Notes: generated by a model from the letters alone, not told the origin. Shown: positions 19,864 to 29,557, counted from the stretch's first letter. The stretch: 64,000 nt of DNA from Minisyncoccota bacterium (GCA_041389085.1 JAWKSL010000001.1:34921-98920); one strand, 5' to 3'. Made by a program: numbers and translations.

Positions 19864-20970
19864 ATGGCTCTGGCCTTATACCGCAAATACAGACCTAAAA
19901 ACTTTTCTGACATTTTTGGGCAGGAGAGCGTCGTTGAGGTATTGAAGAATGCAGGAAAACTGGACCGCATCGGGCATGCATACCTTTTCTACGGTCCGCG
20001 AGGAACTGGGAAAACCACCATTGCCCGCCTTTTGGCCAAGCTTGCTGTTTGCAAAACTCGAGAGACTGACAAAAAGTTTCAGACTAAAGGAGAACCTTGC
20101 AACAAGTGCGATGCTTGCACTGCAATCGATGCTGGGCGTGCAATCGACGTTGTTGAAATTGACGCTGCGACCAACACGGGGGTAGACGAAATTCGTGAGC
20201 TTAAAGAAGGCATTCGCCTTGCACCTTCATACTTTTCTCGCAAGGTAGTAATTCTTGACGAGGTACACATGCTCTCAAAGAGTGCCTTCAACGCCCTGCT
20301 TAAAACACTTGAAGAGCCGCCAGCTCACGTACTTCTTATTCTTGCTACTACTGAGTTTGATAAGCTTCCAGCTACGGTAACTAGCCGTACACAGCGCTAC
20401 CACTTTAAAAAGCTTACAAACGCGCAAATTACTGAAAAGCTTGGTGCAATTGCAAAAGAAGAGGAAATAGACGCTGATACTGAGGCGCTTGAGCTCATCG
20501 CAAGCCTTTCTGAGGGAAGTTTGCGCGATGCTGAAAGTCTACTCGACCAAGTACGCTCTGTATCTGCAAAAGTAGATGTGGAGAGCGTAGAGAAAAACCT
20601 TGGGAAAGTAGGGCTTGTACGCGTTGGCGAATTTAGCGCACTACTCCTGAGAGAAGACTTAAAAGGAGCCCTTGCCTATATACAGGAGCTTGAAGAGCTT
20701 GGATACAACACTACTGAGTTTACCCGCGAACTTATACACTACTTGCGCCGCGTTATCACTCTGGCATTTAACAGCGACCTAGAAGTAGAGTTTTCAAAAG
20801 AGTTTAGTTCTAAGGAACTTGCGATGCTTAAGGAGCACTCAGCTCTGGTAGCAAAAGAAAAGCACCTTCCTTTGCTTAAAGGACTCATACTTGCCTACTC
20901 ACAAATGCGCTACAGCCCGTTTGCTGCTATACCGCTCGAAGTAGCCCTTATAGAACGATTTAGTAAATAG
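19864..20970 (+). CDS. dnaX: DNA polymerase III subunit gamma/tau (short form, 368 aa)
   Basis: YRP..F.D..GQ, Walker A GPRGTGKTT, Zn module CNKCDAC, SRC-like TVTSRTQ. Confidence 0.85.
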   Translation: MALALYRKYRPKNFSDIFGQESVVEVLKNAGKLDRIGHAYLFYGPRGTGKTTIARLLAKLAVCKTRETDKKFQTKGEPCNKCDACTAIDAGRAIDVVEIDAATNTGVDEIRELKEGIRLAPSYFSRKVVILDEVHMLSKSAFNALLKTLEEPPAHVLLILATTEFDKLPATVTSRTQRYHFKKLTNAQITEKLGAIAKEEEIDADTEALELIASLSEGSLRDAESLLDQVRSVSAKVDVESVEKNLGKVGLVRVGEFSALLLREDLKGALAYIQELEELGYNTTEFTRELIHYLRRVITLAFNSDLEVEFSKEFSSKELAMLKEHSALVAKEKHLPLLKGLILAYSQMRYSPFAAIPLEVALIERFSK

Positions 20971-20971
20971 T

Positions 20972-21835
20972 ATGAATTCCTCAAAAGATACTCACGAATT
21001 TGAAGCTATAAAAAAGAACCGCCACGTTGAAGTTGAGTATCCTCCTGAGCTTCTTGCCCCAATCCAGAGAAATACCCAAGCATGGAGCGATCTTTGCGCT
21101 CTCAGCCCAGAGATTAAGCAAAAGCTTCGTTTCGTTGAAGATCCTCGCTACCTTGACGGCGAAGGATACGAACTTAAAACAACCCCAGGAGACAACCTCG
21201 ATCTTAAAGAGAACTTTCACTTCACCCTCAGTGCCTACGAAAGACTTGCCGAGAGTGCCAAAGCACATCCGGTACTTCAAGAGTTTATTGAAAGCTCCCG
21301 GTCATTAATTGAGAGCTCGGCTGAGCGCATTGTTGCCTTTGCTTCCGAGCTTGAGATTTCTGGTAACATGCCGGGGTTAGCTGATGAAGTTGCGAGTGGC
21401 AAGAACCGCTGGATCCTTAGAAACCTTCACTACTTTCCTGGGCACGACCAAGACATCGTTGCTGGAGCACATACCGACAAAGCTGGCTTCACTCTCCACC
21501 TTTTTGAAGACAAGCCTGGGCTTGAATTTTACGATGGAGTAAACTGGCAGCCTTTTCCTACTGGGCCTGGTCACACCGTTATCTTGCCAGATATACAAAT
21601 GCAGTACCGAAGTGGTGGGCTCATTGAAGCCACATGGCACCGCGTAGTCGCAAACGCTGACGTTAAGGCTCAGGGGCGTAAGTCTGCTGTAATGTTTATC
21701 CCTTTTCACAAGACTCCATACTTCGACAAAGTACGCTTCGGACGACAGCAAGACCTCCCTCTTGGGTTTAACTACGGTATGCCGTTTGAGAAGTTTAGAG
21801 AAATGTTCCGGGACTCTCCTTTTCAAGAAGGATAA
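20972..21835 (+). CDS. 2OG-Fe(II) oxygenase superfamily protein (isopenicillin-N-synthase-like)
   Basis: HTD...H facial triad candidates (AHTDKAG..., WHRV) and double-stranded beta-helix-like pattern. Family-level only. Confidence 0.5.
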   Translation: MNSSKDTHEFEAIKKNRHVEVEYPPELLAPIQRNTQAWSDLCALSPEIKQKLRFVEDPRYLDGEGYELKTTPGDNLDLKENFHFTLSAYERLAESAKAHPVLQEFIESSRSLIESSAERIVAFASELEISGNMPGLADEVASGKNRWILRNLHYFPGHDQDIVAGAHTDKAGFTLHLFEDKPGLEFYDGVNWQPFPTGPGHTVILPDIQMQYRSGGLIEATWHRVVANADVKAQGRKSAVMFIPFHKTPYFDKVRFGRQQDLPLGFNYGMPFEKFREMFRDSPFQEG

Positions 21836-21865
21836 GTAATATAAGAAATATCGATCGCGAAGCTA

Positions 21866-22000
21866 AATGGCCGTGCCTACGGCAGATAAACTCACACATA
21901 TCGCCTTCAACTTTAACGGCTCACACGTACGTGTGAGCCGTTAAAGTTCTAGTCTAGGATGTAGTATCCATGCGCCCCTTTCCGTGTGAGGCGTTTGTGG
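21866..22000. repeat. Mosaic repeat copy II: small hairpin + aaactcacac + 40-bp perfect palindrome (21909-21948) + conserved tail ...gtagtatccatgcgcccctttccgtgtgaggcgttt
   Basis: Palindrome identical to copy I. The tail matches 2022-2072. The head (ggccgtgcctacggcagataaactcacac) matches 51524-51552. It sits between convergent genes (bidirectional terminator position). Confidence 0.8.
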
Positions 22001-22018
22001 ACTAAGGAATCTATTGCG

Positions 22019-22441
22019 TTATTTGCGTCTGAGCCAACGCTTCCCTTTTCCTGGGAAACCGTAGAAAGCGAGGAGTGCAAGTGGAGCGCCCCAGTTTGCC
22101 CAACGCTCAAAGAAGTCCCAAATTGGATCAGGGCCAATTGGCCACCTGATCATGGCAGTCCAGAGACCCCATAGAGCCATCCATGCAAGAGCGAGTCTGA
22201 ATGGTACAAAAAGAACAATGATCGCAAGCAATATATCCATAACGCCAATGTATGGCATTAGGGTGTTTGCGGTGGCATCTGATATACCTACAGAGTTGAA
22301 GTACTTTAACCACCCTGCTTTTTGCTGGAGAGCAAAGACTCCGTGTCCCAAGAACTCTCCAAATATACCAATCCTTAGAGCCCACTCAATTACTTTCTTG
22401 TTCATTTTTTTTAAGAAAAAATTATTGACCCCGAGGCTCAC
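22019..22441 (-). CDS. Small polytopic membrane protein (DoxX-like, low confidence)
   Basis: Three or four TM helices. No catalytic motif. Confidence 0.45.
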   Translation of the reverse strand: MSLGVNNFFLKKMNKKVIEWALRIGIFGEFLGHGVFALQQKAGWLKYFNSVGISDATANTLMPYIGVMDILLAIIVLFVPFRLALAWMALWGLWTAMIRWPIGPDPIWDFFERWANWGAPLALLAFYGFPGKGKRWLRRK

Positions 22442-22501
22442 CTCTTCTAGAGTCGTGTTTCGCCCCAGTACTTATATTTTACTCCTTTTAAAACCCTCCC
22501 T

Positions 22502-23665
22502 CTACTGAGTTGTGGAGAGGTGCATTTGGTTCACGCTTGGAAGTGAGGCAATGTCGTCTTCAAATATAAAGCGATATTGGTCAAACCCTGAGAAAAGAAT
22601 TGTAAGAATGATAATTGCTCCAAAAATAGTTCCCCAGAAGTAGGATATTCCACCGAAAAACTTTCGCTTTAAACTGCGGAATACCGCCCAAAGAATTAGG
22701 AGATAGAGGGTGATGTGTAGCGCAAGCAATGCAAGGAAGTAAAATACTGGCATTTTAATGATTGGCATAAAAAGTAGGTCTGCACTGCCAATCGTTAGGT
22801 AGAGAATGTATGTTACAAAGATTGACACGAGGAATGCGACAAAGATCGGCACGGCAAAATACAGAAGTGCTTTCTTTGATAGACCGCTACTGCCCCTTCC
22901 AATCAAGCTGCGCGTTTCTTTTATTGCCTCTTTATAGTTTCTTGGACGTGTGTGTGGGTGGCGTCTATTTTCAACAATAAAGGCGATTATTGCTCCCGCG
23001 ATAAACGCTACGAGCGTACCAAGCCAAGAAAGCAGAACTCCTGAGGCGCTTAGCCCTCTTGGGCCGGCAACTTGATCTGTGTATTCTGCAGAGGTCATAA
23101 GGAGCGGTCGCACTTCTGTTGGCACACAATCAATTCCCACACAGTCTTCGCGCGGCTCAATAGTAAGTGAAACTCCTTTTAGCCCGGACAGTACGTTTGT
23201 AGCGCTTCCGTCGTGTGCTAGAACCTCACCACTTGCAAGCTCAAACTTTGCCTCTCCTGCTTGAAGCGCTCGAAATGTAGCAGAAAAGATGTGGCCGCTT
23301 GCTGCTCTAAACCCTCCATCCTTCAAGAGGATACCTTCAAAGGTTATAAGGCTTGTTGCCGGGTCGTACTCTGGCTCTTTTATCCAAAAAGAAACTGCTG
23401 AATCCTCCAGGTCTGTTGTAACGAAATCGAAGTGCTCAAACGGCACAAAGACTGACCCAGAGATGGCATTTATAGCGGTGAAGTTTTCTTTTAGCTGAAC
23501 CCCTACTTTAATAATCTGACCCTCTTTAAGGTTTGAGACCCTTGACTCAAGAGAAATAATCGCTGCATCGGTAGGCTGAGGAGCGAGAAGCACCGTAACG
23601 GCGGCGATAAGTAGGACGGTCTTAGCGAATATCTTTTTTATGTCTGAAGAGTACACGATAGGCAA
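22502..23665 (-). CDS. Polytopic membrane protein with an N-terminal signal peptide and a cohesin-like extracellular beta-sandwich domain
   Basis: Signal peptide, extracellular domain paralogous to the neighbouring 283-aa protein, then multiple TM helices. TTG/GTG start. Confidence 0.5.
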   Translation of the reverse strand: MPIVYSSDIKKIFAKTVLLIAAVTVLLAPQPTDAAIISLESRVSNLKEGQIIKVGVQLKENFTAINAISGSVFVPFEHFDFVTTDLEDSAVSFWIKEPEYDPATSLITFEGILLKDGGFRAASGHIFSATFRALQAGEAKFELASGEVLAHDGSATNVLSGLKGVSLTIEPREDCVGIDCVPTEVRPLLMTSAEYTDQVAGPRGLSASGVLLSWLGTLVAFIAGAIIAFIVENRRHPHTRPRNYKEAIKETRSLIGRGSSGLSKKALLYFAVPIFVAFLVSIFVTYILYLTIGSADLLFMPIIKMPVFYFLALLALHITLYLLILWAVFRSLKRKFFGGISYFWGTIFGAIIILTILFSGFDQYRFIFEDDIASLPSVNQMHLSTTQ

Positions 23666-24473
23666 GTGTGGTTACTGCTAATACTGCTAGTGCGACTGCC
23701 AGCCATACATAAATAAATCCGTGCTTGCTGAGAGTAAAGACTGCTGAGTTCCCTGCTACGTCAAACACTCTCGCTTGGTATGGAGGCTCGCTACCCTTCA
23801 TTATATAAGGGTTTTGAGCTTTTTTCCACCCTGACCAGGGCCATTTTTTTATCTGGAAGCCTGCTATACCCGACTGTCTGTCTTCTGCATACAAGAATAA
23901 AAGTGACTCACCTTGCTGCTGAGTGTTTTCTACAATTTCAAATTGTAGCTCCCTTGGTGGAGTTGTGTCTTTTGGTTTTTCAAAATAGTCACCGCTTCCC
24001 GCGTTGATACTAATTTTTTCCTGGAGAGAAACAAGTGTTCCTTCGCCGTCGCTCTTTGCCACCTGAGAGCCTTCGAGCACGGTGGCTACAACATCTCCCT
24101 TGCTTTTACCGACTACTGTAAACAAATAGCCATTCATCTGCATAAGGCTTTGCTGGGCATAGCTCTGAGAGTTGTAGCCGCCAGGAATAATGCCCGCGAG
24201 CGAAACTGTGCCCTCCTTCACTAAAGGAGCTTGTATCCATGTAGGAATAATGCTTTCTCCGTATGAGATGCTTTCTACTTCTATGTTTACGAGCCCTATT
24301 TTGAGCTCAGCAGCGTTTATTTCTTCCGACTGAGTATCTATGAAGAAGCTTAGCTCTGTGCGATCTCCCTGAGAAGTTTTCAGGTTTTTTGCTTTCGCAA
24401 AAATTGAAGCTGCGCTTGCTTGATGCGCTATGAGAAGAAAAGCTACGGCGATGAGAGAAATTGTTCGTTTCAT
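23622..24473 (-). CDS. Secreted C-terminally TM-anchored protein with a cohesin-like domain
   Basis: Signal peptide (..HQASA), beta-sandwich with cohesin-like alternating hydrophobic pattern (ELSFFIDTQSEEINAAELKIGLVNIEVESISYG), C-terminal TM. Confidence 0.5.
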   Translation of the reverse strand: MKRTISLIAVAFLLIAHQASAASIFAKAKNLKTSQGDRTELSFFIDTQSEEINAAELKIGLVNIEVESISYGESIIPTWIQAPLVKEGTVSLAGIIPGGYNSQSYAQQSLMQMNGYLFTVVGKSKGDVVATVLEGSQVAKSDGEGTLVSLQEKISINAGSGDYFEKPKDTTPPRELQFEIVENTQQQGESLLFLYAEDRQSGIAGFQIKKWPWSGWKKAQNPYIMKGSEPPYQARVFDVAGNSAVFTLSKHGFIYVWLAVALAVLAVTTLAYRVLFRHKKDIR

Positions 24474-24474
24474 A

Positions 24475-25326
24475 CTATCCTGTCCAGTAGTAAGCCAAAA
24501 TACTAAAATCTCGTAGAGTAATTCTGCCGTCTCCGCTCAGAATTCCAAGCTCTGCTTGGCGAATAGTTTCTGGAAAGTCTAATCTATTCATCCAATATAC
24601 AAGAATGGAGAAGTCTTTCAGATTTACCCTATTGTCGCTGTTTAAGTCTCCTCTTGTCTGGCTGGTCATTTTTGAAGCATCGACATCGCTTATCACTGCC
24701 TGGCTCGACTGGGAGTTTTCAACTGGAAAGCTTTGATTGAGTGACCTTAAATTTCCTGTGCTGGCGTTGATAGTGTAGGTATAAATTCCAAGTGGTTGAC
24801 TGGCTACAATGATTTGAAAGCTTCCCGCTTCGTCGGCTTGCGCGGTTGCAACAATAAGACCGTTCCGAAGAATAGTTACTGTGGCGTTTGGCAAAGTTTG
24901 CCCACTAAACTCAACTGAGCTATTTGCGTCGCTTGGGATATTTTGTCCAGGTTGTGCGACTTGGCTCGATCCTGTGCCACCGTAACTACCAGAAACTGCT
25001 CCTGTTGATTCTTGTGTTGCATTAACCTCGCTGTCATCTGAGCTTGATTCACAGCCAGGATCGGCTGGATAGTCGGTAAGCCCATCGCCGTCATTATCTA
25101 TACCGTCTTCACAGAGACTGAGCGGAGGAGCTTCGCTATCGTCGGTTGCTGAATCGCAATCTGCGTCGCTGGGATAGTCGGTAAAACCATCAGCATCGTT
25201 ATCGCTTCCATCTGAGCACTCAAAAACAGCGACTGTAACGCTTACGCTGACTGTTGCTGCAAGAGCCCGCCCGGCAAGGAAGGTAAGGAATAGTGCGAGA
25301 ACTAGAGTCCATTTACTCTTTGCCAC
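24475..25326 (-). CDS. Secreted protein with two Cys-bracketed acidic repeats (TSP3-like) and a C-terminal type-I dockerin-like domain
   Basis: CSDGSDNDADGFTDYPSDADC and CEDGIDNDGDGLTDYPADPGC repeats. Dockerin duplicated segments GDLNSDNRVNLKDFSILVYWM and ILSGDGRITLRDFSILAYYW. Confidence 0.6.
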   Translation of the reverse strand: MAKSKWTLVLALFLTFLAGRALAATVSVSVTVAVFECSDGSDNDADGFTDYPSDADCDSATDDSEAPPLSLCEDGIDNDGDGLTDYPADPGCESSSDDSEVNATQESTGAVSGSYGGTGSSQVAQPGQNIPSDANSSVEFSGQTLPNATVTILRNGLIVATAQADEAGSFQIIVASQPLGIYTYTINASTGNLRSLNQSFPVENSQSSQAVISDVDASKMTSQTRGDLNSDNRVNLKDFSILVYWMNRLDFPETIRQAELGILSGDGRITLRDFSILAYYWTG

Positions 25327-25330
25327 ACGA

Positions 25331-26212
25331 CTATCGTCTTTTTCTTCGCTTAAGTTTTAGGAAGGCAAACACAATAACTATAAGCCCTAAAAGACTAGCT
25401 CCTACAGATAGATAGGTTTTATTTTTTTCAAAAAATGTCTTCTCGAGCACATTGAAGACTGTGCGCTGCTCGGCTACAACATCGTTTCCCTCAAAAACTT
25501 TTACATGCCCCCAATACTCACCAACTCCAAGCTTAACGTCTATCGGGAAAAGCATATCAATAGCTTCTTCGCTAAATGCTGGAATTCTTTTTACGTCATC
25601 TATCGACGTGTATGCAAGGCGAACGTCGCCAAACTTACTAAAGAGCTCAAAAGTAACAGCGTCTGGCCCACCTGGTACGTTTCCTGTGTTTTCTACCAGA
25701 ATTCGTGCATGCGGGAAATCGTTTTCTTTCACCGAAAGGAGGTCTATCTTCTTAACTTCGTAGCTAGAAAAAACATCATCTCCTACGGTAAGTTCGAGGC
25801 GAATGTTTGCTCCAAGAGCAATGGAAACTTGGCCATTTTCCGTTGCCGCTTCTGGAATAGTGGTAACGTTTAGCTGCCCTTCGTAAATACCAAGATCTGC
25901 ATCATCTGGGATTTTGATCTTTACTTTTAGTGGGAACTGCTGAGCTCCTGCAGGAATAGTAAACTTCTCCCCTTGAGTAACGCTAAGCCAGCCCTCGATC
26001 TCTTTTGGCACGTCGAAAATTGCTTGCACTGGCAGCGGTTTATCTGTATTACCCTGTACAAGATATACCTGCTTTTCGATGGTGATACCTGGTACGAGCC
26101 TATCTTCTTTTATCAGGGGAGGAGAAACTCCAAAACCCGCTTTAGCGCTCTGTGGAAGTAATACCGCCAGTGCGAGCAAGATTGTTGGGAAAAGCTTAAT
26201 ATAGGCCTTCAT
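25331..26212 (-). CDS. Cell-surface protein with signal peptide, two beta-domains, C-terminal TM anchor and basic tail
   Basis: Signal peptide begins at the ATG at 26212 (MKAYIKLFPTILLALAVLL..). The ORF-track GTG at 26242 is a likely extension. Confidence 0.5.
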   Translation of the reverse strand: MKAYIKLFPTILLALAVLLPQSAKAGFGVSPPLIKEDRLVPGITIEKQVYLVQGNTDKPLPVQAIFDVPKEIEGWLSVTQGEKFTIPAGAQQFPLKVKIKIPDDADLGIYEGQLNVTTIPEAATENGQVSIALGANIRLELTVGDDVFSSYEVKKIDLLSVKENDFPHARILVENTGNVPGGPDAVTFELFSKFGDVRLAYTSIDDVKRIPAFSEEAIDMLFPIDVKLGVGEYWGHVKVFEGNDVVAEQRTVFNVLEKTFFEKNKTYLSVGASLLGLIVIVFAFLKLKRRKRR

Positions 26213-26228
26213 TGTGTGCTTAATGCTA

Positions 26229-27185
26229 TCAGTATTCCTCACGGATGGGAAGCTTACTTACTACTGGGCAGTTCCTGCTAGTAATAGTGTTTGTTCCGGT
26301 ATAGGTTCCTGCTGCAGTTGCCGGTGGTACTCCAAGTCCCCACGAAATTGTATCTGTTGTTGTCGGGTTTCCGTCGTTTGTCGGTTGAGGAAGGGTAATG
26401 TTGATGTAGGTTGGCGTTGTAGAAAGGTCGGTTCCTGCGCTGTAAACGAAGGGATCAGCATCGTACTCCTGGTTTCCTACGGTAAGAGTATCTCCACCGC
26501 TTGTCATGTTAGTACCTGAAAGCTGTGGGTCCATATCTACGTTCCCTGTGTTGGTAACAGTAGTTGTAGAGTTTTGATCTGCAGAGTCTGATCCTGCAGC
26601 GAGTGTTCCATAGGCTATGGAAGCGGTAACGTCGAGTGCCTGCAGGGTGTTAATTTCGGTGGTTCCGGTGCTGTCTGTTGATGTTGCAGTACCATCTCCT
26701 GCTTTGAGAGTTGCTACCCAGTTTTGTGCGCTAAATGAACCAGTGTCGGTAGGGTCTGCATAGTACTGAATTGGTACTCCGCACCCATAAGCTGCTGAAG
26801 TGTCTGAGCCACCGTCGCAGGTGTTTGAGTCGAGCACAACACAGGTTACTTGCGCGTAGCAATTGTTGTTGTCTGACTCTCCGCTCGTGTCGCAACCCGT
26901 TGCAGTTATACCTGAGCGATAAAAGTCGAGCGTAACAGCAAAAATCTCACCACAGCCGTTTGTGTCGGTAACGGTAAGCGTGGTTGTGGCTACGGTAATA
27001 ATCCCCTCTGTTAGGGTAATGTTGCTTCCACTGTTTACTGAAACGCTAGAAATAGATGGAGTGGCGTTTCCGACAGTAACTGAGGTGCTTACTGAGTCTG
27101 CTGATACTAAGGTTGCTGAGAAAATCATGACTGCTGAAATGACAACTGCCAGCAGAATGTTCTTCGTAGTACTTGAAATGCTCAT
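26229..27185 (-). CDS. Secreted Thr/Ser/Gly-rich Cys-containing protein, paralogous to the C-terminal 300 aa of the 765-aa protein
   Basis: Signal peptide begins at the ATG at 27185 (MSISSTTKNILLAVVISAV..). C-terminal about 100 aa nearly identical to the C-terminus of 27260..29557. Confidence 0.55.
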   Translation of the reverse strand: MSISSTTKNILLAVVISAVMIFSATLVSADSVSTSVTVGNATPSISSVSVNSGSNITLTEGIITVATTTLTVTDTNGCGEIFAVTLDFYRSGITATGCDTSGESDNNNCYAQVTCVVLDSNTCDGGSDTSAAYGCGVPIQYYADPTDTGSFSAQNWVATLKAGDGTATSTDSTGTTEINTLQALDVTASIAYGTLAAGSDSADQNSTTTVTNTGNVDMDPQLSGTNMTSGGDTLTVGNQEYDADPFVYSAGTDLSTTPTYINITLPQPTNDGNPTTTDTISWGLGVPPATAAGTYTGTNTITSRNCPVVSKLPIREEY

Positions 27186-27259
27186 ATTTATTTTTTTATG
27201 TGTTGTTGTAGGTAATTTTACCCCAAACTCGAATTTAAGCCTCTTTTTTTTGTGGAAAA

Positions 27260-29557
27260 CTACTGCCCCGCTCCTGCAGTAATAGTGTTTGTTCCGGTAT
27301 AGGTTCCTGCTGCAGTTGCCGGTGGTACTCCAAGGCCCCATGAAATGGTGTCGGTGGTTGTCGGGTTTCCGTCGTTTGTCGGTTGAGGAAGGGTAATGTC
27401 GAGTGCGGCACTAAGACCAGATAAGCTCGTGCCTGCTCCATAAGTAAATGCGTCTGCAGCATACTCTATGTTTGATGCTGAAATTGAGTTTGCGCCGCTT
27501 GTCATGTTAGTACCTGAAAGAAGTGGGTCCATGTCTACGTTTCCAGTGTTGGTAATAGTTGTTGTACTATTTGAACCGCCCGTATCGTTTCCTGGGTCGA
27601 TAGTGCCAAAGTCGATGGTGCTTTCCGTAATTTCTAAGGCAAGAAGTGAAGCCATTTCAATAGTGTCGCTACTTGTTGTTCCTGCACCATCGCCGTCGCT
27701 TGGCGTTAGCGTACATGTCCAGGTATCGCTTGCATTTGGCGAGCCTGCATCGGTAGCGTCTGCATAGTAGTAGACCGGGATAGTGCACGTATACGTTTCG
27801 CTATTCCCTGACCCACCTGATGGGACGCACTCGCTATCGCCCGATTCTTGATAGTGGCTATTGTTGTCGAGCCCTGAACCAATTCCTACTGATGTTCTAA
27901 ATAAGTCTGCCTTCACTGAGTCTATGTCTGCATAACCATCCGCATCCGTTACCGTGCCGGCGCAGACTACGTTTTTTGTTGTTCCTTCGGTAAGGGTTAT
28001 CGACGATGCATCTGAGTCTATCGAAATTGCACTTGCGATTGGCGCTGTGTTTCCACTCGATGTAGCAAAGGTTGCAACGTTGATGGCGAAGAAGCCTACT
28101 GTATTTGCTTGTGTTCGATCTGTCCCTCCACCCTCTGTTCCTGTAATCGGATTCATATCAAGACCGATGTCGTGGCCGTCAGTAGCTACAAAATATATAG
28201 CTCCTGGGTGGAAGCTTCCTGCAAATGTGTCTTGACTTCCCTGGTTTCCGCGCGTGTAGGCACCGTGTCTGCCGAGCGTTTGCTGAGTGCCATTTACGGT
28301 GATCGATCCGTACGCGGTCAATCGCTGCCCAGCACTTACGTTGTTTCGTGCTGTCCATACGTTTGCCCAAGCTAAAACATCGGTTGAGTTTACAACATTC
28401 ATCGCTGAGTTGCTTGCTTTTGTAAAACTTTCAGAGTCGTTAAATTCTACGTCGCGCATAGCGTTCAGCGTTACCGCGCTGGTGATATTTTGGAGCCCTG
28501 TTGAGTCGTGTGACTTAAACACTTCTACGTTGTCTGGTAGCTCTAGCACCACTATTTGACCATTCCCATCAAGGTCAAACGATCCGTCTACATCTGCACC
28601 TCCTTGGTCTGCAGATACACCCGGACCTCTAAATACCTCTACCTGAATGTCGATGTCCGATGTGCTTGTTTCGATAAGATCCATAGAGCCGATACCGCAG
28701 TACTCGTTTGCACTGCTTCTCTGATAGCAGTATGAGCGCGTTGATAGTGCGTCTGTGCCTCCATACTCAAGGTGCCCAATTCTTTGAGTTCTTGAACCCC
28801 CTGTATCTCCTGATATTCCCCAGGCAATAAGGTAGCGCTTATTATCTCCCTTTACGGTTACAGTGTCTGCTGAGGTGTTTACTTCTATAGCGCTGGAGTT
28901 TGATTGCACAACAGTTCCTGTGAGGTCCATTGTATTTGGAGTTGTGCCTCCTGCTGCTCCACTTGTCGCTCCGTAGTTATATATACCCCAGTTTTCTGGG
29001 TTTATTCTTACAATCTGAAGGTTTGATAAGCCAGCAACACTTCCTCCTGTAGCTTCGTCTGTGTCTCGCCTTGTTTGTATTTCTACTCGCGAGTTTGCGG
29101 TTGCACCAATAATGACCCCGACAGCTCGGCTCCAGTACTCATCTTCTGAGTTGTCGCGAGAATATCCGGTCATATAGGTTGTAAATACTGATCCGCTTCC
29201 TGAGGTTTGTACCACTTTTGACTGAATGTTGTTTCTTCCGTTTGAAGTATCGTTTCCTCGTGTTGTAGCCAAAATAAGATAGCTTCCTGCTTCATCGAGC
29301 TCAATTGTTGAGCTGCTTATTTGCGTATAGATGCCGTCGTTTCGAATTTCAGTATCGTATTCGTACGCGGCAAAGCTTGTACCCGCAGTCTGGCTTCCCG
29401 TTTGGTCTTGCCAGTGCCCAATGTCTCCGACAGCTGCCTCTACACTCTCAGGTCTAGGAGGAAAATTAAGGTCGCCCCAAACTTGAGGCCATCCTGCAAA
29501 AATCCAAGCAAGAACCAGGGCGAATATCGCTATGTTTCTTCCGAGCCTTAATTTCAT
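27260..29557 (-). CDS. Large secreted Ser/Thr/Gly-rich surface protein (765 aa)
   Basis: N-terminal signal peptide, low-complexity T/S/G-rich composition, paired Cys. Shares a C-terminal module with the downstream gene. Confidence 0.6.
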   Translation of the reverse strand: MKLRLGRNIAIFALVLAWIFAGWPQVWGDLNFPPRPESVEAAVGDIGHWQDQTGSQTAGTSFAAYEYDTEIRNDGIYTQISSSTIELDEAGSYLILATTRGNDTSNGRNNIQSKVVQTSGSGSVFTTYMTGYSRDNSEDEYWSRAVGVIIGATANSRVEIQTRRDTDEATGGSVAGLSNLQIVRINPENWGIYNYGATSGAAGGTTPNTMDLTGTVVQSNSSAIEVNTSADTVTVKGDNKRYLIAWGISGDTGGSRTQRIGHLEYGGTDALSTRSYCYQRSSANEYCGIGSMDLIETSTSDIDIQVEVFRGPGVSADQGGADVDGSFDLDGNGQIVVLELPDNVEVFKSHDSTGLQNITSAVTLNAMRDVEFNDSESFTKASNSAMNVVNSTDVLAWANVWTARNNVSAGQRLTAYGSITVNGTQQTLGRHGAYTRGNQGSQDTFAGSFHPGAIYFVATDGHDIGLDMNPITGTEGGGTDRTQANTVGFFAINVATFATSSGNTAPIASAISIDSDASSITLTEGTTKNVVCAGTVTDADGYADIDSVKADLFRTSVGIGSGLDNNSHYQESGDSECVPSGGSGNSETYTCTIPVYYYADATDAGSPNASDTWTCTLTPSDGDGAGTTSSDTIEMASLLALEITESTIDFGTIDPGNDTGGSNSTTTITNTGNVDMDPLLSGTNMTSGANSISASNIEYAADAFTYGAGTSLSGLSAALDITLPQPTNDGNPTTTDTISWGLGVPPATAAGTYTGTNTITAGAGQ

